Assembly: GCA_963759805.1 (NCBI GenBank) | Contig: CAVXAT010000011.1 | Location: 58,816-122,815 of the forward strand | Direction: 5' to 3' | DNA length: 64,000 nt | Origin: an uncultured bacterium | Lineage (GTDB): Bacteria > Babelota > Babeliae > Babelales > RVW-14 | Shown here: positions 20,315 to 30,007 of the stretch, piece after piece | Position numbering within the stretch: position 1 is the first letter of the stretch | Layout: each line of letters opens with the position of its first letter | Notes under the pieces: generated by a model | Database searches by the model: none | The model's input: only the letters and a program-made list of their open reading frames with translations | What the model was told of the DNA's origin: nothing | Position numbers and translations under genes: made by a program

Positions 20315-20998
20315 ATGATCTCAACAAAACTTAGAGTCAAAGAGTATTTAAGAGAACGTCGTTGGACGACCAAGGTTCTGGCTGAAAAGACCGGAATGTC
20401 GGAAAGTTATCTAACCCACATAAAAAATGGGACGCGTCGCTGGAATGAGGATGCACTTAAAAAGTTAGCTGAAGCTTTTGAAGTTGATGCTACAGATCTT
20501 TTTGAGACCTCAACCCAAAGTCGTAAAGATCTTCCTGTAAACATTCAAATTCCAGACGAAATTAAAAATCAACTTTCAAACTACACTTTAAAATTAAAAA
20601 TTGTTCCGGTTGTGGGACAAATTCCATCTCAACCATCAGCTTATAATAATCAATTACTTCAAGTTTCTTCCGGATACAAAGATCAATTTGTAACAGTTAT
20701 CGGCAGTGACGATGAAAACATGTTCTGCTTAGCTGTCGATGATAACGGCATGGCACCCAACTTTGTAAAAGGTGACTTGCTGGTTGTTTCTCCGGCTACC
20801 TGGACAAACTCCGGTGATATCGTTGCGGTTGAATATGGAACAGACACTCCAACCAGAGCGATCATGCAGGTAAATTTCATGGAAGATTTGGTTGTGCTTG
20901 AAGCTGTCAATCACAAAAAGGCACCGATTGCCCTCTCAAGAGGCAAAGATCAGTTTCGAATTATTGGTAAAGTTATTCACAGATTCCAAAAAATATAA
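20315..20998 (+). CDS. XRE-family HTH regulator with degenerate S24 (LexA/CI-like) domain
   Basis: HTH LAEKTGMSESYLTHIKNG; C-domain VPVVGQIP...FCLAVDDNGMAP.F.KGDLLVV...GDIVAV...IIGKVI. Confidence 0.85.
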   Translation: MISTKLRVKEYLRERRWTTKVLAEKTGMSESYLTHIKNGTRRWNEDALKKLAEAFEVDATDLFETSTQSRKDLPVNIQIPDEIKNQLSNYTLKLKIVPVVGQIPSQPSAYNNQLLQVSSGYKDQFVTVIGSDDENMFCLAVDDNGMAPNFVKGDLLVVSPATWTNSGDIVAVEYGTDTPTRAIMQVNFMEDLVVLEAVNHKKAPIALSRGKDQFRIIGKVIHRFQKI

Positions 20999-21056
20999 TA
21001 TCCTTACTCCCCCGAGTAGGAAAATTTTTATGGCGGAAAATGGAGGAAAAATTTTT

Positions 21057-21878
21057 ATGAAAAAAAATCAAAAGATAGTATTGCTATCGCTGATATTTGG
21101 AATTTTTGGAATTTTAAATTCGGATGTCTTAGCATACGGCCAAGAATCTTACCAATCCAAGTTTTCAAACTTTCTTGGCGAAGATGTGCAAGAAGAGTTA
21201 CAAATGGCCCCTGCACCTGAAGCACAACAACTGGACCCTGTTCAGGAAGAGCTGGTAGCTGAGCATTTAGACCAGATCCCTGACTTAAATATGCAAAATC
21301 CGGACGATATAATAACTGCAATAGTAGGAATTATGGCGATACATCCAGATGAACAAAACGAAGCAGTACTTTTACAAAATATACAAGCAACCCTTGCTGC
21401 AATTGACATGAACAACATAGATGTTGTTGATCCAAATACTGGAATGACGGCCCTACATAAAGCCATTCAAACGGAACAGCTAAAATTAGTGCAAATTATT
21501 GTTGCATTGGGAGCAGATGTAAATGCTCAAATCGCATTCCCAGGCGACGACCAAATACAAGCAAACCCAGAGCTGGAATCTATAATTGATTTTACGCCAT
21601 TACATTTGGCAATTAAAAGTGGTCGAGCAGATGTTGCTCTGCTTTTAGCTCAAAATCCTAATGTTGATCTTGAAATAGAAGCCAACAATTTTCTGCTAAG
21701 TCCTATATATAGAAGTATTATTAGCTTTGCACAAGAGTATGGCTCACCAGCAATTGCCGGCATACTTCGACAGGCATATGCAAGAAGGGGAATTCAGTAT
21801 GACAGAATCATGGAGCCTGTGAATGATGACGACCAAGGCCCTGCAACCCCAAGAAAACTTGATTTTGATCAAATTTAA
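21057..21878 (+). CDS. Secreted ankyrin-repeat protein
   Basis: Signal peptide; GMTALHKAI...GADVNA and FTPLHLAIKSG. Confidence 0.88.
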   Translation: MKKNQKIVLLSLIFGIFGILNSDVLAYGQESYQSKFSNFLGEDVQEELQMAPAPEAQQLDPVQEELVAEHLDQIPDLNMQNPDDIITAIVGIMAIHPDEQNEAVLLQNIQATLAAIDMNNIDVVDPNTGMTALHKAIQTEQLKLVQIIVALGADVNAQIAFPGDDQIQANPELESIIDFTPLHLAIKSGRADVALLLAQNPNVDLEIEANNFLLSPIYRSIISFAQEYGSPAIAGILRQAYARRGIQYDRIMEPVNDDDQGPATPRKLDFDQI

Positions 21879-21918
21879 CCAATAGACTATTTAAACTATT
21901 TAAAATGGAGAACCTTTT

Positions 21919-22749
21919 ATGAAAAACATAACTAAAATACTATTAACAGGATTTATCGCAGGATGCGGCGTTGCAAACATATTTGCAATGAAAGTAGATG
22001 AGACAAAAGAGGTGAAAGTCCCTGAGGTAGCGGCTGCCACTGCTGCTGCACCAAACACTACTGAATTTCACATGCTAATTCCTATCACAGAAGATTTAGA
22101 CATTTTGTCAGCATCAACTGATGAAGTATTGCGAAATATTTTAGCACGGCATGTTGGAAGTTATTTCGCAGAAAGTTATTTAAACAACGTATTTAATCAA
22201 GGCATACTTCTTAAAAAACTCGAACTAGCAATCAATAGACTAAAAGAACTAAGATTTGTAAAGCACAGATTCGCAATTTTTTTAACACACCAAGAGATGA
22301 TAAATATTTTAATAGAAGCAAATATAGTTAGATATGCCAATCAATATAATCCTGATATAGGAGAGACACTGCTGCACAGAGCCTTACGTATTGGAAAATT
22401 TGATTTAGCCAAATTTTTAATTGAAGCAGAGGTAAATATTAATTCTCCAACTCGCGCCCCAATAGATCCAAAAATTCTTAGGCGTTTTCCTGTTGGGACA
22501 ACTTCTTTGCATATGGCATCCAGAGCAGGACGCCCTGAACTGGTAAGATTATTGACAGAACGTGGAGCAGATGTCACGGCAGCAACCTCTAGTCCCTATC
22601 GACACTTAGATAATCTCACAGCGTTGGATTATGCAAGAAATGCTGATTGCACAAAGATAATTGCCATTCTTGAAGGAGCATATACTGCAAGTAAATCTCC
22701 TATTCCTAGCGATGAAAATAGCGATATCCCTAATTTTAGCCTTGGATAA
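21919..22749 (+). CDS. Secreted ankyrin-repeat protein with degenerate F-box
   Basis: Signal peptide; GETLLHRAL, GTTSLHMAS...GADV, TALDYA; paralog of 22789-23670. Confidence 0.88.
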   Translation: MKNITKILLTGFIAGCGVANIFAMKVDETKEVKVPEVAAATAAAPNTTEFHMLIPITEDLDILSASTDEVLRNILARHVGSYFAESYLNNVFNQGILLKKLELAINRLKELRFVKHRFAIFLTHQEMINILIEANIVRYANQYNPDIGETLLHRALRIGKFDLAKFLIEAEVNINSPTRAPIDPKILRRFPVGTTSLHMASRAGRPELVRLLTERGADVTAATSSPYRHLDNLTALDYARNADCTKIIAILEGAYTASKSPIPSDENSDIPNFSLG

Positions 22750-22788
22750 GCCAATATAAAAACCAATACAAAAATAAAGACATTTATT

Positions 22789-23670
22789 ATGAAAAACATT
22801 AATAAAATACTATTAACAGGATTTATTGTAGGATGCTCTGTTGCAAGCATATTTGCAATGAAAATAGATGAGGTAAAAGGAACGCAAGCCCATGAGACAG
22901 CGGCCGCATCTGCCGCTGCTAAAGCACCAAGCGCTACTGACGTTCACGTACTGATGCCTATCGCAGGAAATTTAGGCTATTTGTCAACACTACCAGATGA
23001 ACTGATAGTAAAAATTTTGGTTCATTCTATTGAAGAAATCAATCTTGCAATATTAGAGCTAAAAAGACTAAGACTTGTAAACAAAACATTCAAAAATTTT
23101 TTATCAGATCAAGAAATCGCAAAGATTTTGGGATTTAAAAATCTTGAAAATATAGTTATATATGCTAACCAAATCAACCCTGATAAGGGAGAAACTCTAC
23201 TGCACAAAGCCATACGTACTAGGAAATTTGCATTAGCCAAATTTTTAATTGAAGCAGGGGTAAATATTAATGCTCCAACGATATCCCCCAGAGACCCAAA
23301 ACTTCTTAAGCGTTTCCCAGTTGGGACAACTTCTTTGCATATGGCAGTCAGAAAAGGACCGCCGCAACTTGTAAGATTATTGATAGAGCGTGGGGCAGAT
23401 GTCACTGCAGTCTGCCACAGCGATTATCCACGAGAGAACAACATCACCGCTTTGGATTATGCAATAAGAGCCAATCGACAAGACATTATTGCCATTCTTG
23501 CCGAAGGATATAAGGCAATGGGCTTGACTATGCCTGCTGCTACCGCAGTTGCGCACCCTCATGTCCCAAGACCGCTAAATTTTGATAGAACAGAAGACGA
23601 AAATAACGCAGGCGATGGTAATTTCGCAATTCCACCTGCACCAAAGCGTCACGAGCCTTCGGCCCAATAA
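22789..23670 (+). CDS. Secreted F-box plus ankyrin-repeat protein
   Basis: Signal peptide; LSTLPDELIVKIL...LRLVNKTFKNFLSD (F-box-like); three ankyrin repeats. Confidence 0.85.
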   Translation: MKNINKILLTGFIVGCSVASIFAMKIDEVKGTQAHETAAASAAAKAPSATDVHVLMPIAGNLGYLSTLPDELIVKILVHSIEEINLAILELKRLRLVNKTFKNFLSDQEIAKILGFKNLENIVIYANQINPDKGETLLHKAIRTRKFALAKFLIEAGVNINAPTISPRDPKLLKRFPVGTTSLHMAVRKGPPQLVRLLIERGADVTAVCHSDYPRENNITALDYAIRANRQDIIAILAEGYKAMGLTMPAATAVAHPHVPRPLNFDRTEDENNAGDGNFAIPPAPKRHEPSAQ

Positions 23671-23697
23671 TTTCAAAATATTAATATAGTATTTGTG

Positions 23698-23729
23698 GGG
23701 CTATTGCAGCTATGCGGTAGCCCATTTTT
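23698..23729 (+). terminator. Rho-independent terminator of the ankyrin cluster
   Basis: GGGCTATTGCA-GCTA-TGCGGTAGCCC followed by ATTTTT. Confidence 0.75.
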
Positions 23730-23743
23730 ACCGTTATTTTTTG

Positions 23744-23771
23744 TTGCATAAACGCCTATTTTTGCTATTCT
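23744..23771 (+). promoter_or_regulatory. Putative sigma70 promoter of rpsF-rpsR
   Basis: TTGCAT-16nt-TATTCT with extended TGn. Confidence 0.5.
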
Positions 23772-23792
23772 AAAAATAGTTCTTTGTATTTT

Positions 23793-23880
23793 TTAAGGGT
23801 TCCATTTGCAGCCACGCAGCTGGTTGCTATCTCCCCTTAACAGAATGGTTGTATGTTCAAATTATTTTTAGTTGGGAGAA
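23793..23880 (+). promoter_or_regulatory. Structured 5' leader of rpsF (candidate r-protein autoregulatory RNA)
   Basis: TTAAGGG...GCAGCCA/TGGTTGC...CCCTTAA hairpin; TCTCCC complementary to the SD GGGAGA. Confidence 0.45.
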
Positions 23881-23883
23881 CCT

Positions 23884-24336
23884 ATGTTACGCTATGAAAC
23901 ATTATTCTTAGCAAGTACAGAAATTACCGATGATGAATTATCATCAATCGAGCGTTATCTGGACAAAGAGCTTGCAAACGTAAAAGGCAAGCTTTCAGTT
24001 TTCGATAAATGGGGAAAATATCGCCTCGCTTATCCGGTCAAAAAAAGTGATTACGGAGTTTATATCCTCGCTCGCTATGAGATTGCAGACAATGCAGGGG
24101 TTACTAACTTTGTAAAAGAGCTTGATTCTTTCATCAAAATCAAATGTGATGAATTTATTCTGCGCTACTCCACTGTCAAGCTTCCTAACAATGCACCATC
24201 GGCATACATTAAGCCTGATCCAATCGATTCCGGAAGAGTGACTAACGTTGATAAATTCGTAAAAGAGCACAAGATGGAAGGTCTGCTGGGTAGCGACTTT
24301 GAAAGTAAAGATATTGATGTTGAGAATAACGAATAA
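23884..24336 (+). CDS. rpsF: 30S ribosomal protein S6
   Basis: RYETLFL, DKWGKYRLAYPVKK, GVYILARY; SD GGGAG before ATG 23884. Confidence 0.95.
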   Translation: MLRYETLFLASTEITDDELSSIERYLDKELANVKGKLSVFDKWGKYRLAYPVKKSDYGVYILARYEIADNAGVTNFVKELDSFIKIKCDEFILRYSTVKLPNNAPSAYIKPDPIDSGRVTNVDKFVKEHKMEGLLGSDFESKDIDVENNE

Positions 24337-24351
24337 AGCAAGGATTAACTC

Positions 24352-24636
24352 ATGGCAAAACATAAATTAAAGATAAGCACTCGCTTATTAAGTAAAAAAG
24401 TAAGAAAATCCGCTTACTTATCTCAAAAACATTGCCGTTTTTGTGCAATACCTGAGCAGGAGGCATTAATAGATTACAAGAACGTAAACCTTCTCAGAGG
24501 ATTTTTAACAGAACGTTACAAAATACTTCCTTCAAGAGTTTCAGGAAACTGCTTCTATCATCAAAGAACTCTTTCCAAACAGATCAAACTTGCTCGTACA
24601 ATGGCATTGCTGCCATTTTGTGCTATCAATAGATAA
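24352..24636 (+). CDS. rpsR: 30S ribosomal protein S18 (zinc-ribbon form)
   Basis: CRFC, IDYKNVNLL..FLTERYKILPSRVSGNC..HQR, IKLAR.MALLPF. Confidence 0.96.
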   Translation: MAKHKLKISTRLLSKKVRKSAYLSQKHCRFCAIPEQEALIDYKNVNLLRGFLTERYKILPSRVSGNCFYHQRTLSKQIKLARTMALLPFCAINR

Positions 24637-24642
24637 CTATTT

Positions 24643-24684
24643 AACAAAGAAAGTTAGCTTTTTGGTTAACTTTCTTTGTTTTTT
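24643..24684 (+). terminator. Terminator after rpsR
   Basis: AACAAAGAAAGTTAGC/GTTAACTTTCTTTGTT stem followed by a T-tract. Confidence 0.7.
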
Positions 24685-24827
24685 ATTTCTTTTTGCAAAG
24701 CTCACATTATTTTGTTAGAATTTTTCTAGTATCTCAAATAAGAACCGTCATTCACTAAATTTATCGGTTTTGCTTCGGGATTGGTGAGGGGTTTAAAGAT
24801 TTAATTTGATTTTTTAAGAGGAATACA

Positions 24828-26657
24828 ATGAGTTTTAAGCAAAGGCTTGATATTCGAAATATTGCCATCATTGCACACGTTGACCATGGCAAAACAACTT
24901 TAGTTGACCAAATGTTAAAGCAGTCCGGCACGGTCTCTAATATTAATTTGCAGGAAAATGAGCGTGTCATGGATTCCGGCGAACTTGAAAAAGAACGAGG
25001 AATCACTATTCTTGCAAAAAATACATCCATCAGACTCCCCGAAGGACAGATAAACATCGTCGATACACCGGGCCATATGGATTTTGGTGGTGAGGTTGAA
25101 AGAACGTTGCAGATGGTTGAAGGCTTTCTGCTTCTGGTAGATGCAGCTGAAGGACCCCTTCCGGGTACACGTTTCGTTTTACAAAAGGCATTGCAACTTA
25201 ATTTAAAACCAATTGTATTGATAAACAAAATTGATAGAAAAGATGCGGATATTGCTCATACCGAAAATTTAATTCATGAACTTTTCTTGGACCTTGCAAC
25301 TTCTGAAGAACAGCTTGATTTTCCAATTTTATACGGCTCTTCAAGACAAGGTTTTGCAAGTCTTGATTCAAACACTCCTCATGAAGGAACACTTGATCCA
25401 TTATTTCAAGCAATACTAAAACATATTCCGGTTCCGTCACAAGAGACAAACGATCTTGCCATTCTAATTACAAACATTGATCACTCCGAATATCTTGGAA
25501 GAATTGCAATCGGTCGTATATTCAGCGGAACAATCCATATTTCAAACCAGTTAATTGCCTGCAAAGACAAATATGTTGGCCAACCCACAAAAGTTCTTAA
25601 AATTTACCAATTTCAGGGAATTAAACGTGTTGAGGTTGAATCCGCACAATTTGGGGACATTGTTGCACTGGCCGGAGTAGAAGAAGAGATTACAATCGGA
25701 ACAACGCTGTGCGATGTTGGCAAACCCAACCCTCGTCCGTACGTTGCCGTTGATGAACCAACACTTTCCATTAACTTCTCAGTCAACGACTCACCTTTTG
25801 GCGGCAAAGAAGGCGATTATCTGACCTCCAGACACATTCGTGACAGACTGTTCAAAGAATTAAAAACAAATTTGGCCTTACGGGTTGAAGAGACCGAATC
25901 TGCAGATACTTACAAAGTTTCCGGACGAGGGCAACTACACCTTTCAATTCTTGTTGAGCAGATGCGTCGCGAAGGATTTGAACTGCAACTCTCAGCGCCG
26001 GAAGTTATTTACAAAACAGTTGATGGCAAAAAGTGCGAGCCTTATGAGTATTTAATTATCGATGTTTGCGATGAGTACCAAGGAATTATAATGGAAACGC
26101 TTGGTAAACGCCGAGCTATTCTTAAAAATATGATTCACCATGGTGCTAACAAAGTTAGACTCGAATTTAAAATTCCTGCGCGAGGCCTGATTGGATTTAG
26201 AAGCCAATTTTTAACTGATACCCGCGGAACAGGAATGCTCAGCCACAATTTCTTGGGATACGAAGAGTATGCCGGTCCAATTGCAGGACGAACAAAAGGG
26301 GCTATGATCTCCATGGAAGCCGGAACAATTACAGGATATGCGCTAGACACGCTTCAAGAACGTGGCGTACTGATCTCAAAACCAACTGATGAAGTTTATG
26401 AGGGCATGATTGTTGGTGAACACAGCAGAGAGAATGATTTAGCAGTTAATCCTACAAAGCGCAAAAAACTTACAAATATGCGAGCTTCAGGCAGTGATGA
26501 TGCAATAAATCTTGCACCTCCACGCACCATGACAATTGAAACTGCTCTTGATTGGATTAATAACGATGAATTAATTGAAGTTACGCCAAAATCAATTCGT
26601 ATGCGTAAAAAATATCTCAATGCAACCGATCGTAAACGTAAAGAAAGAACAGAATAA
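24828..26657 (+). CDS. typA: Translational GTPase TypA/BipA
   Basis: AHVDHGKTT, ERGITILAKN, DTPGH, NKID, VSGRGQLHL, TNMRASG, EVTPKSIR. Confidence 0.98.
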   Translation: MSFKQRLDIRNIAIIAHVDHGKTTLVDQMLKQSGTVSNINLQENERVMDSGELEKERGITILAKNTSIRLPEGQINIVDTPGHMDFGGEVERTLQMVEGFLLLVDAAEGPLPGTRFVLQKALQLNLKPIVLINKIDRKDADIAHTENLIHELFLDLATSEEQLDFPILYGSSRQGFASLDSNTPHEGTLDPLFQAILKHIPVPSQETNDLAILITNIDHSEYLGRIAIGRIFSGTIHISNQLIACKDKYVGQPTKVLKIYQFQGIKRVEVESAQFGDIVALAGVEEEITIGTTLCDVGKPNPRPYVAVDEPTLSINFSVNDSPFGGKEGDYLTSRHIRDRLFKELKTNLALRVEETESADTYKVSGRGQLHLSILVEQMRREGFELQLSAPEVIYKTVDGKKCEPYEYLIIDVCDEYQGIIMETLGKRRAILKNMIHHGANKVRLEFKIPARGLIGFRSQFLTDTRGTGMLSHNFLGYEEYAGPIAGRTKGAMISMEAGTITGYALDTLQERGVLISKPTDEVYEGMIVGEHSRENDLAVNPTKRKKLTNMRASGSDDAINLAPPRTMTIETALDWINNDELIEVTPKSIRMRKKYLNATDRKRKERTE

Positions 26658-26700
26658 ATTTGGTCACGCAATAAACTGCATGGTTTTGTTTTTAAATTTT

Positions 26701-26733
26701 AAAAGCCGCTTGTTTAATTACAGGCGGCTTTTT
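26701..26733 (+). terminator. Terminator after typA
   Basis: AAAAGCCGCTTGT...ACAGGCGGCTTTTTT. Confidence 0.8.
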
Positions 26734-26871
26734 TGCGTATAAAAATAAAATAAAAATAAAAATTTGTTTTTATGTGTTTTCTAAAACTATAAAATCATTT
26801 AAAATTATCAAATACGCATCTGCTGATATATACATTTTTTCTTATTCTCAAAAAATAAATCAAGGAGGAGT

Positions 26872-29800
26872 ATGAAGAAGAAGTTAGTTTTTATATGGCT
26901 TTTAGCGTTCATCACTCAATGTTTACAATCATCTACAAATAAATTACCACGCAATAAATCCATACGTAAATGGTCCCGGCAGTTAAGTCGCTCAATCTCG
27001 GTCGGATCGCTGGGAGCGGATGCAAATGTGACGGCATTTGCAGGTCCGAGCCAATTTTATATCGGTACAGCCGCAAATAATGCGGACAAGTCCCTAACAC
27101 GGGTATACACTACTCGTGGAGATGATGGTACCCTGAACCTGGGATTTCAAGGTATGGCTCCAAACGACGGCAGTGTAATGATCAACACCGAACCTGACCA
27201 AAACAGTCCCCTGAATGCACAAAACATTAGTAATCTTGTAATCGGCGCTAATAAGTACCCAATAGTTGGCCTGGTTGATGGAACAGATGGGGTCGAGGAA
27301 TACCCTACCGAAGGGATATTTATATATCAAGTTATTGATACAAATAAGGGCGAATTTATTTTACAAACAGCAAGTGCAGATCTTTCAGATAAATATCCAC
27401 TAAATGATGCCGAAGGTGTAGATATTTCAAGTGAGTATCCAGAACCCGGTACGGCCAAAGGGCTCCATGCGCTTGCAGCAACACAAAAAAATGTTTTTTC
27501 GAACGTACCTATGATATTTGCGCTTGTTTCCAGTAGCACATCTCTAAATGCTGCAAAACCTGCAAGTATTGGTGTTGTACCTGTAAGTGTTAACACTGAT
27601 TATCTTAATCCACTTGACGCTACCGATTTCGCTAAGTCAGGAGAAGAGAACAAAGCGAAACCAATTATGGGAATGCTCACAATTCCAACCAATTCTTCAA
27701 CAATTCCAACATTTCTGGAAGGCGCGCTGGTAAATATGTGGTGGGATGATACTTTACAAACTTTGTATATCGCAGTATCAGCCATGCAAACGGGAAATAA
27801 TGCCGGCAATGGCGCAATCGCGCTTTTGATTGGAAAAATAACAAGCGTAACCACCGGAGTCATCACAACCAACAGCTTGCAAATACAAAAAAGCGTCGAT
27901 CTTTCAACTTCAGGCTGGCCCACCGGAGCTACAAATAAAAATTGGATCGTTGGGTATGTAAATGATAGCACCACTAAAACACAAACTATAAATCTTTACA
28001 AAGTACGCGTAATGCATACAAGCACCGGTAAAGATTATGTAATATTAAACGGTGAAGTTGCTCAAACTATCGACAACACAATGTGCGTAGTTTATGCCCT
28101 ACCGGTCATGCCAAATAATCCTAACCTGCCAAATAATAATGCCAATGCCGGAAAATTGGCAACTGCAGATCCCAATACCGGAAATTTTTCGGTAATAACT
28201 CAGGGGAGCCAGTTACTTAGAGACACAGATCCTAAATCCATCGTTGGAACAAATCCCCCAACAGTTGGAGCCAACACCCTAACCAATCCCCAATATATTG
28301 TTCACGCAACCACCGCCGCAGCATTTTCTAACGCAACAATCAATGATATGCAAATTTCAGGTGATACAGTTTATGTCTCAGTAGCAGGAGATCGAGGTAA
28401 TGGTGGATCAAATACAGCAGGAGAAGCCGGGATATTCGCTTCAACTGCAGTTTTTGATAAAAACGGTGTAATTCGTGCATGGACTCCATGGCAAAGGGTT
28501 ATGGGATTTACAGACAAAGCTTATGGATTTGGCTTTGACACGGGATCAAATAACTTTTGGTACATTGGTACGGATAAACAGACAGCAAAAATGACGGCTT
28601 GGAGTTCCGGAGATGCATCTCCAACAGGAATTCATGAAGGAAGTCCTCTTTCCACCGCACTTCAACCCTATTTTTCCGCAAATGCACTTGGAATCGTAAA
28701 TCTTTCAAACTTTGATGATCAAACACCTGGATTTAAACCATGGGATCCGGCATCTTTATATCCGGCCTTTTCAATGATGATCGCATCCGGATTGGGCAAT
28801 GTTGCCTTGATACAAACAGGCGACCGATCAAGCACAAATCAATCTGCCTTTAAACCAACAACAGGTTTCGTTCCTACACTTGTTCAAAGTACAACTACTA
28901 CAACATCAGGAACCCCTAATGTTTTTGTTTTTAACAACACGGTCACTCAAGCCTTAGGATTTATAACAACTGCTGAAGTTTCACGAACACAAACATCTGC
29001 CATTCCTTCAAATAGGCAAACGGTATATCAGACAGGTGGGTGGTTATTTATTGGCGGCAGCAATGGTATTGCAGTACTATGCCAATCAGACGGCTCGGGG
29101 TGGAATACATCTACCGGGCTTTCAGGTTTATCCAACACAAACTTTCCTGTTAATGGGTACGCCTTTAACCTGCTAACGCCACCACCAGGCGTAACTCCGG
29201 CATACAATTTTTCAAACATTTTAAAACTCGTATCTGACGGCAAGTATCTTTATATTTTAACCCCATCTGATTTATACAGACTTGAAATGAATGCAAATGA
29301 TTTTGCACCTAATGCAACTATAAATCCCAGACGCATAAATCGCATTGCGGGGATTGATAAAGACATTGACAGATTTTTTGACTTATTAGTAATTGATGGC
29401 ACAAATAACGCAAAAAAACTCGCAATTGCAACAACACAAGGCGTTTGGGTGTCCACTGAGATAAAAGATAATTTTGTACCTATAACTAGGACCCAAAAAT
29501 TGGATGGCCCATCATTAAGCTTTGACTTTTTATCCGTTCAACGCGGAGGCGGCACCACTGACAACAACGGTAATAATATGGTCAATGGCAACCTGTATGT
29601 GACAGCCATCGATCCTACATTCAGCAATTTAGCCGTTTATCGTTTTGACGTAAATAATGGTTCATTAACTTTATTTAATGAGCCATACGATACAAAATAT
29701 TTTTATACACTAGCAACTCTAGGAAACACATTTAAGGGAATACAATTTGGAGTTCTTGATCACGTTGGACGCAACGGTCAACTCTCGCAAAGCATTGGAG

Positions 29801-29976
29801 TAATACCTGATCCAATTAAATTTTTACCAAAAACTTTAAGCATTTTACCGTATTATGCAGCCATTGATCTGGGAATGGATCCCCAAGCGGCCTTGCATCT
29901 TTTTTCAATAATCCAAGATACGGCATCAGGAGCCCTTTACATACCGGGAGAATTTAATGTTTTTGTTAACGAATAG
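26872..29976 (+). CDS. Large secreted beta-rich protein (possible beta-propeller), paralog 1
   Basis: Signal peptide, strong RBS AGGAGG; shares KVRVMHTSTG, AWTPWQRVMG, GWLF.GG..G.AVL and a terminal VNE with the next gene. Confidence 0.8.
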   Translation: MKKKLVFIWLLAFITQCLQSSTNKLPRNKSIRKWSRQLSRSISVGSLGADANVTAFAGPSQFYIGTAANNADKSLTRVYTTRGDDGTLNLGFQGMAPNDGSVMINTEPDQNSPLNAQNISNLVIGANKYPIVGLVDGTDGVEEYPTEGIFIYQVIDTNKGEFILQTASADLSDKYPLNDAEGVDISSEYPEPGTAKGLHALAATQKNVFSNVPMIFALVSSSTSLNAAKPASIGVVPVSVNTDYLNPLDATDFAKSGEENKAKPIMGMLTIPTNSSTIPTFLEGALVNMWWDDTLQTLYIAVSAMQTGNNAGNGAIALLIGKITSVTTGVITTNSLQIQKSVDLSTSGWPTGATNKNWIVGYVNDSTTKTQTINLYKVRVMHTSTGKDYVILNGEVAQTIDNTMCVVYALPVMPNNPNLPNNNANAGKLATADPNTGNFSVITQGSQLLRDTDPKSIVGTNPPTVGANTLTNPQYIVHATTAAAFSNATINDMQISGDTVYVSVAGDRGNGGSNTAGEAGIFASTAVFDKNGVIRAWTPWQRVMGFTDKAYGFGFDTGSNNFWYIGTDKQTAKMTAWSSGDASPTGIHEGSPLSTALQPYFSANALGIVNLSNFDDQTPGFKPWDPASLYPAFSMMIASGLGNVALIQTGDRSSTNQSAFKPTTGFVPTLVQSTTTTTSGTPNVFVFNNTVTQALGFITTAEVSRTQTSAIPSNRQTVYQTGGWLFIGGSNGIAVLCQSDGSGWNTSTGLSGLSNTNFPVNGYAFNLLTPPPGVTPAYNFSNILKLVSDGKYLYILTPSDLYRLEMNANDFAPNATINPRRINRIAGIDKDIDRFFDLLVIDGTNNAKKLAIATTQGVWVSTEIKDNFVPITRTQKLDGPSLSFDFLSVQRGGGTTDNNGNNMVNGNLYVTAIDPTFSNLAVYRFDVNNGSLTLFNEPYDTKYFYTLATLGNTFKGIQFGVLDHVGRNGQLSQSIGVIPDPIKFLPKTLSILPYYAAIDLGMDPQAALHLFSIIQDTASGALYIPGEFNVFVNE

Positions 29977-30007
29977 TATCCAACCCATATTTAAAATAAG
30001 GAAATTT

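Noticed and set aside
20892..21056. 55-aa N-terminal extension of the first ankyrin ORF
   Set aside because: Overlaps the XRE gene; a strong RBS (GGAGG) and a signal peptide point to ATG 21057
24761..26671. Long antisense ORFs opposite typA (also opposite rarA, lon and HMGS)
   Set aside because: Shadow ORFs of conserved genes, with no RBS or recognisable motifs
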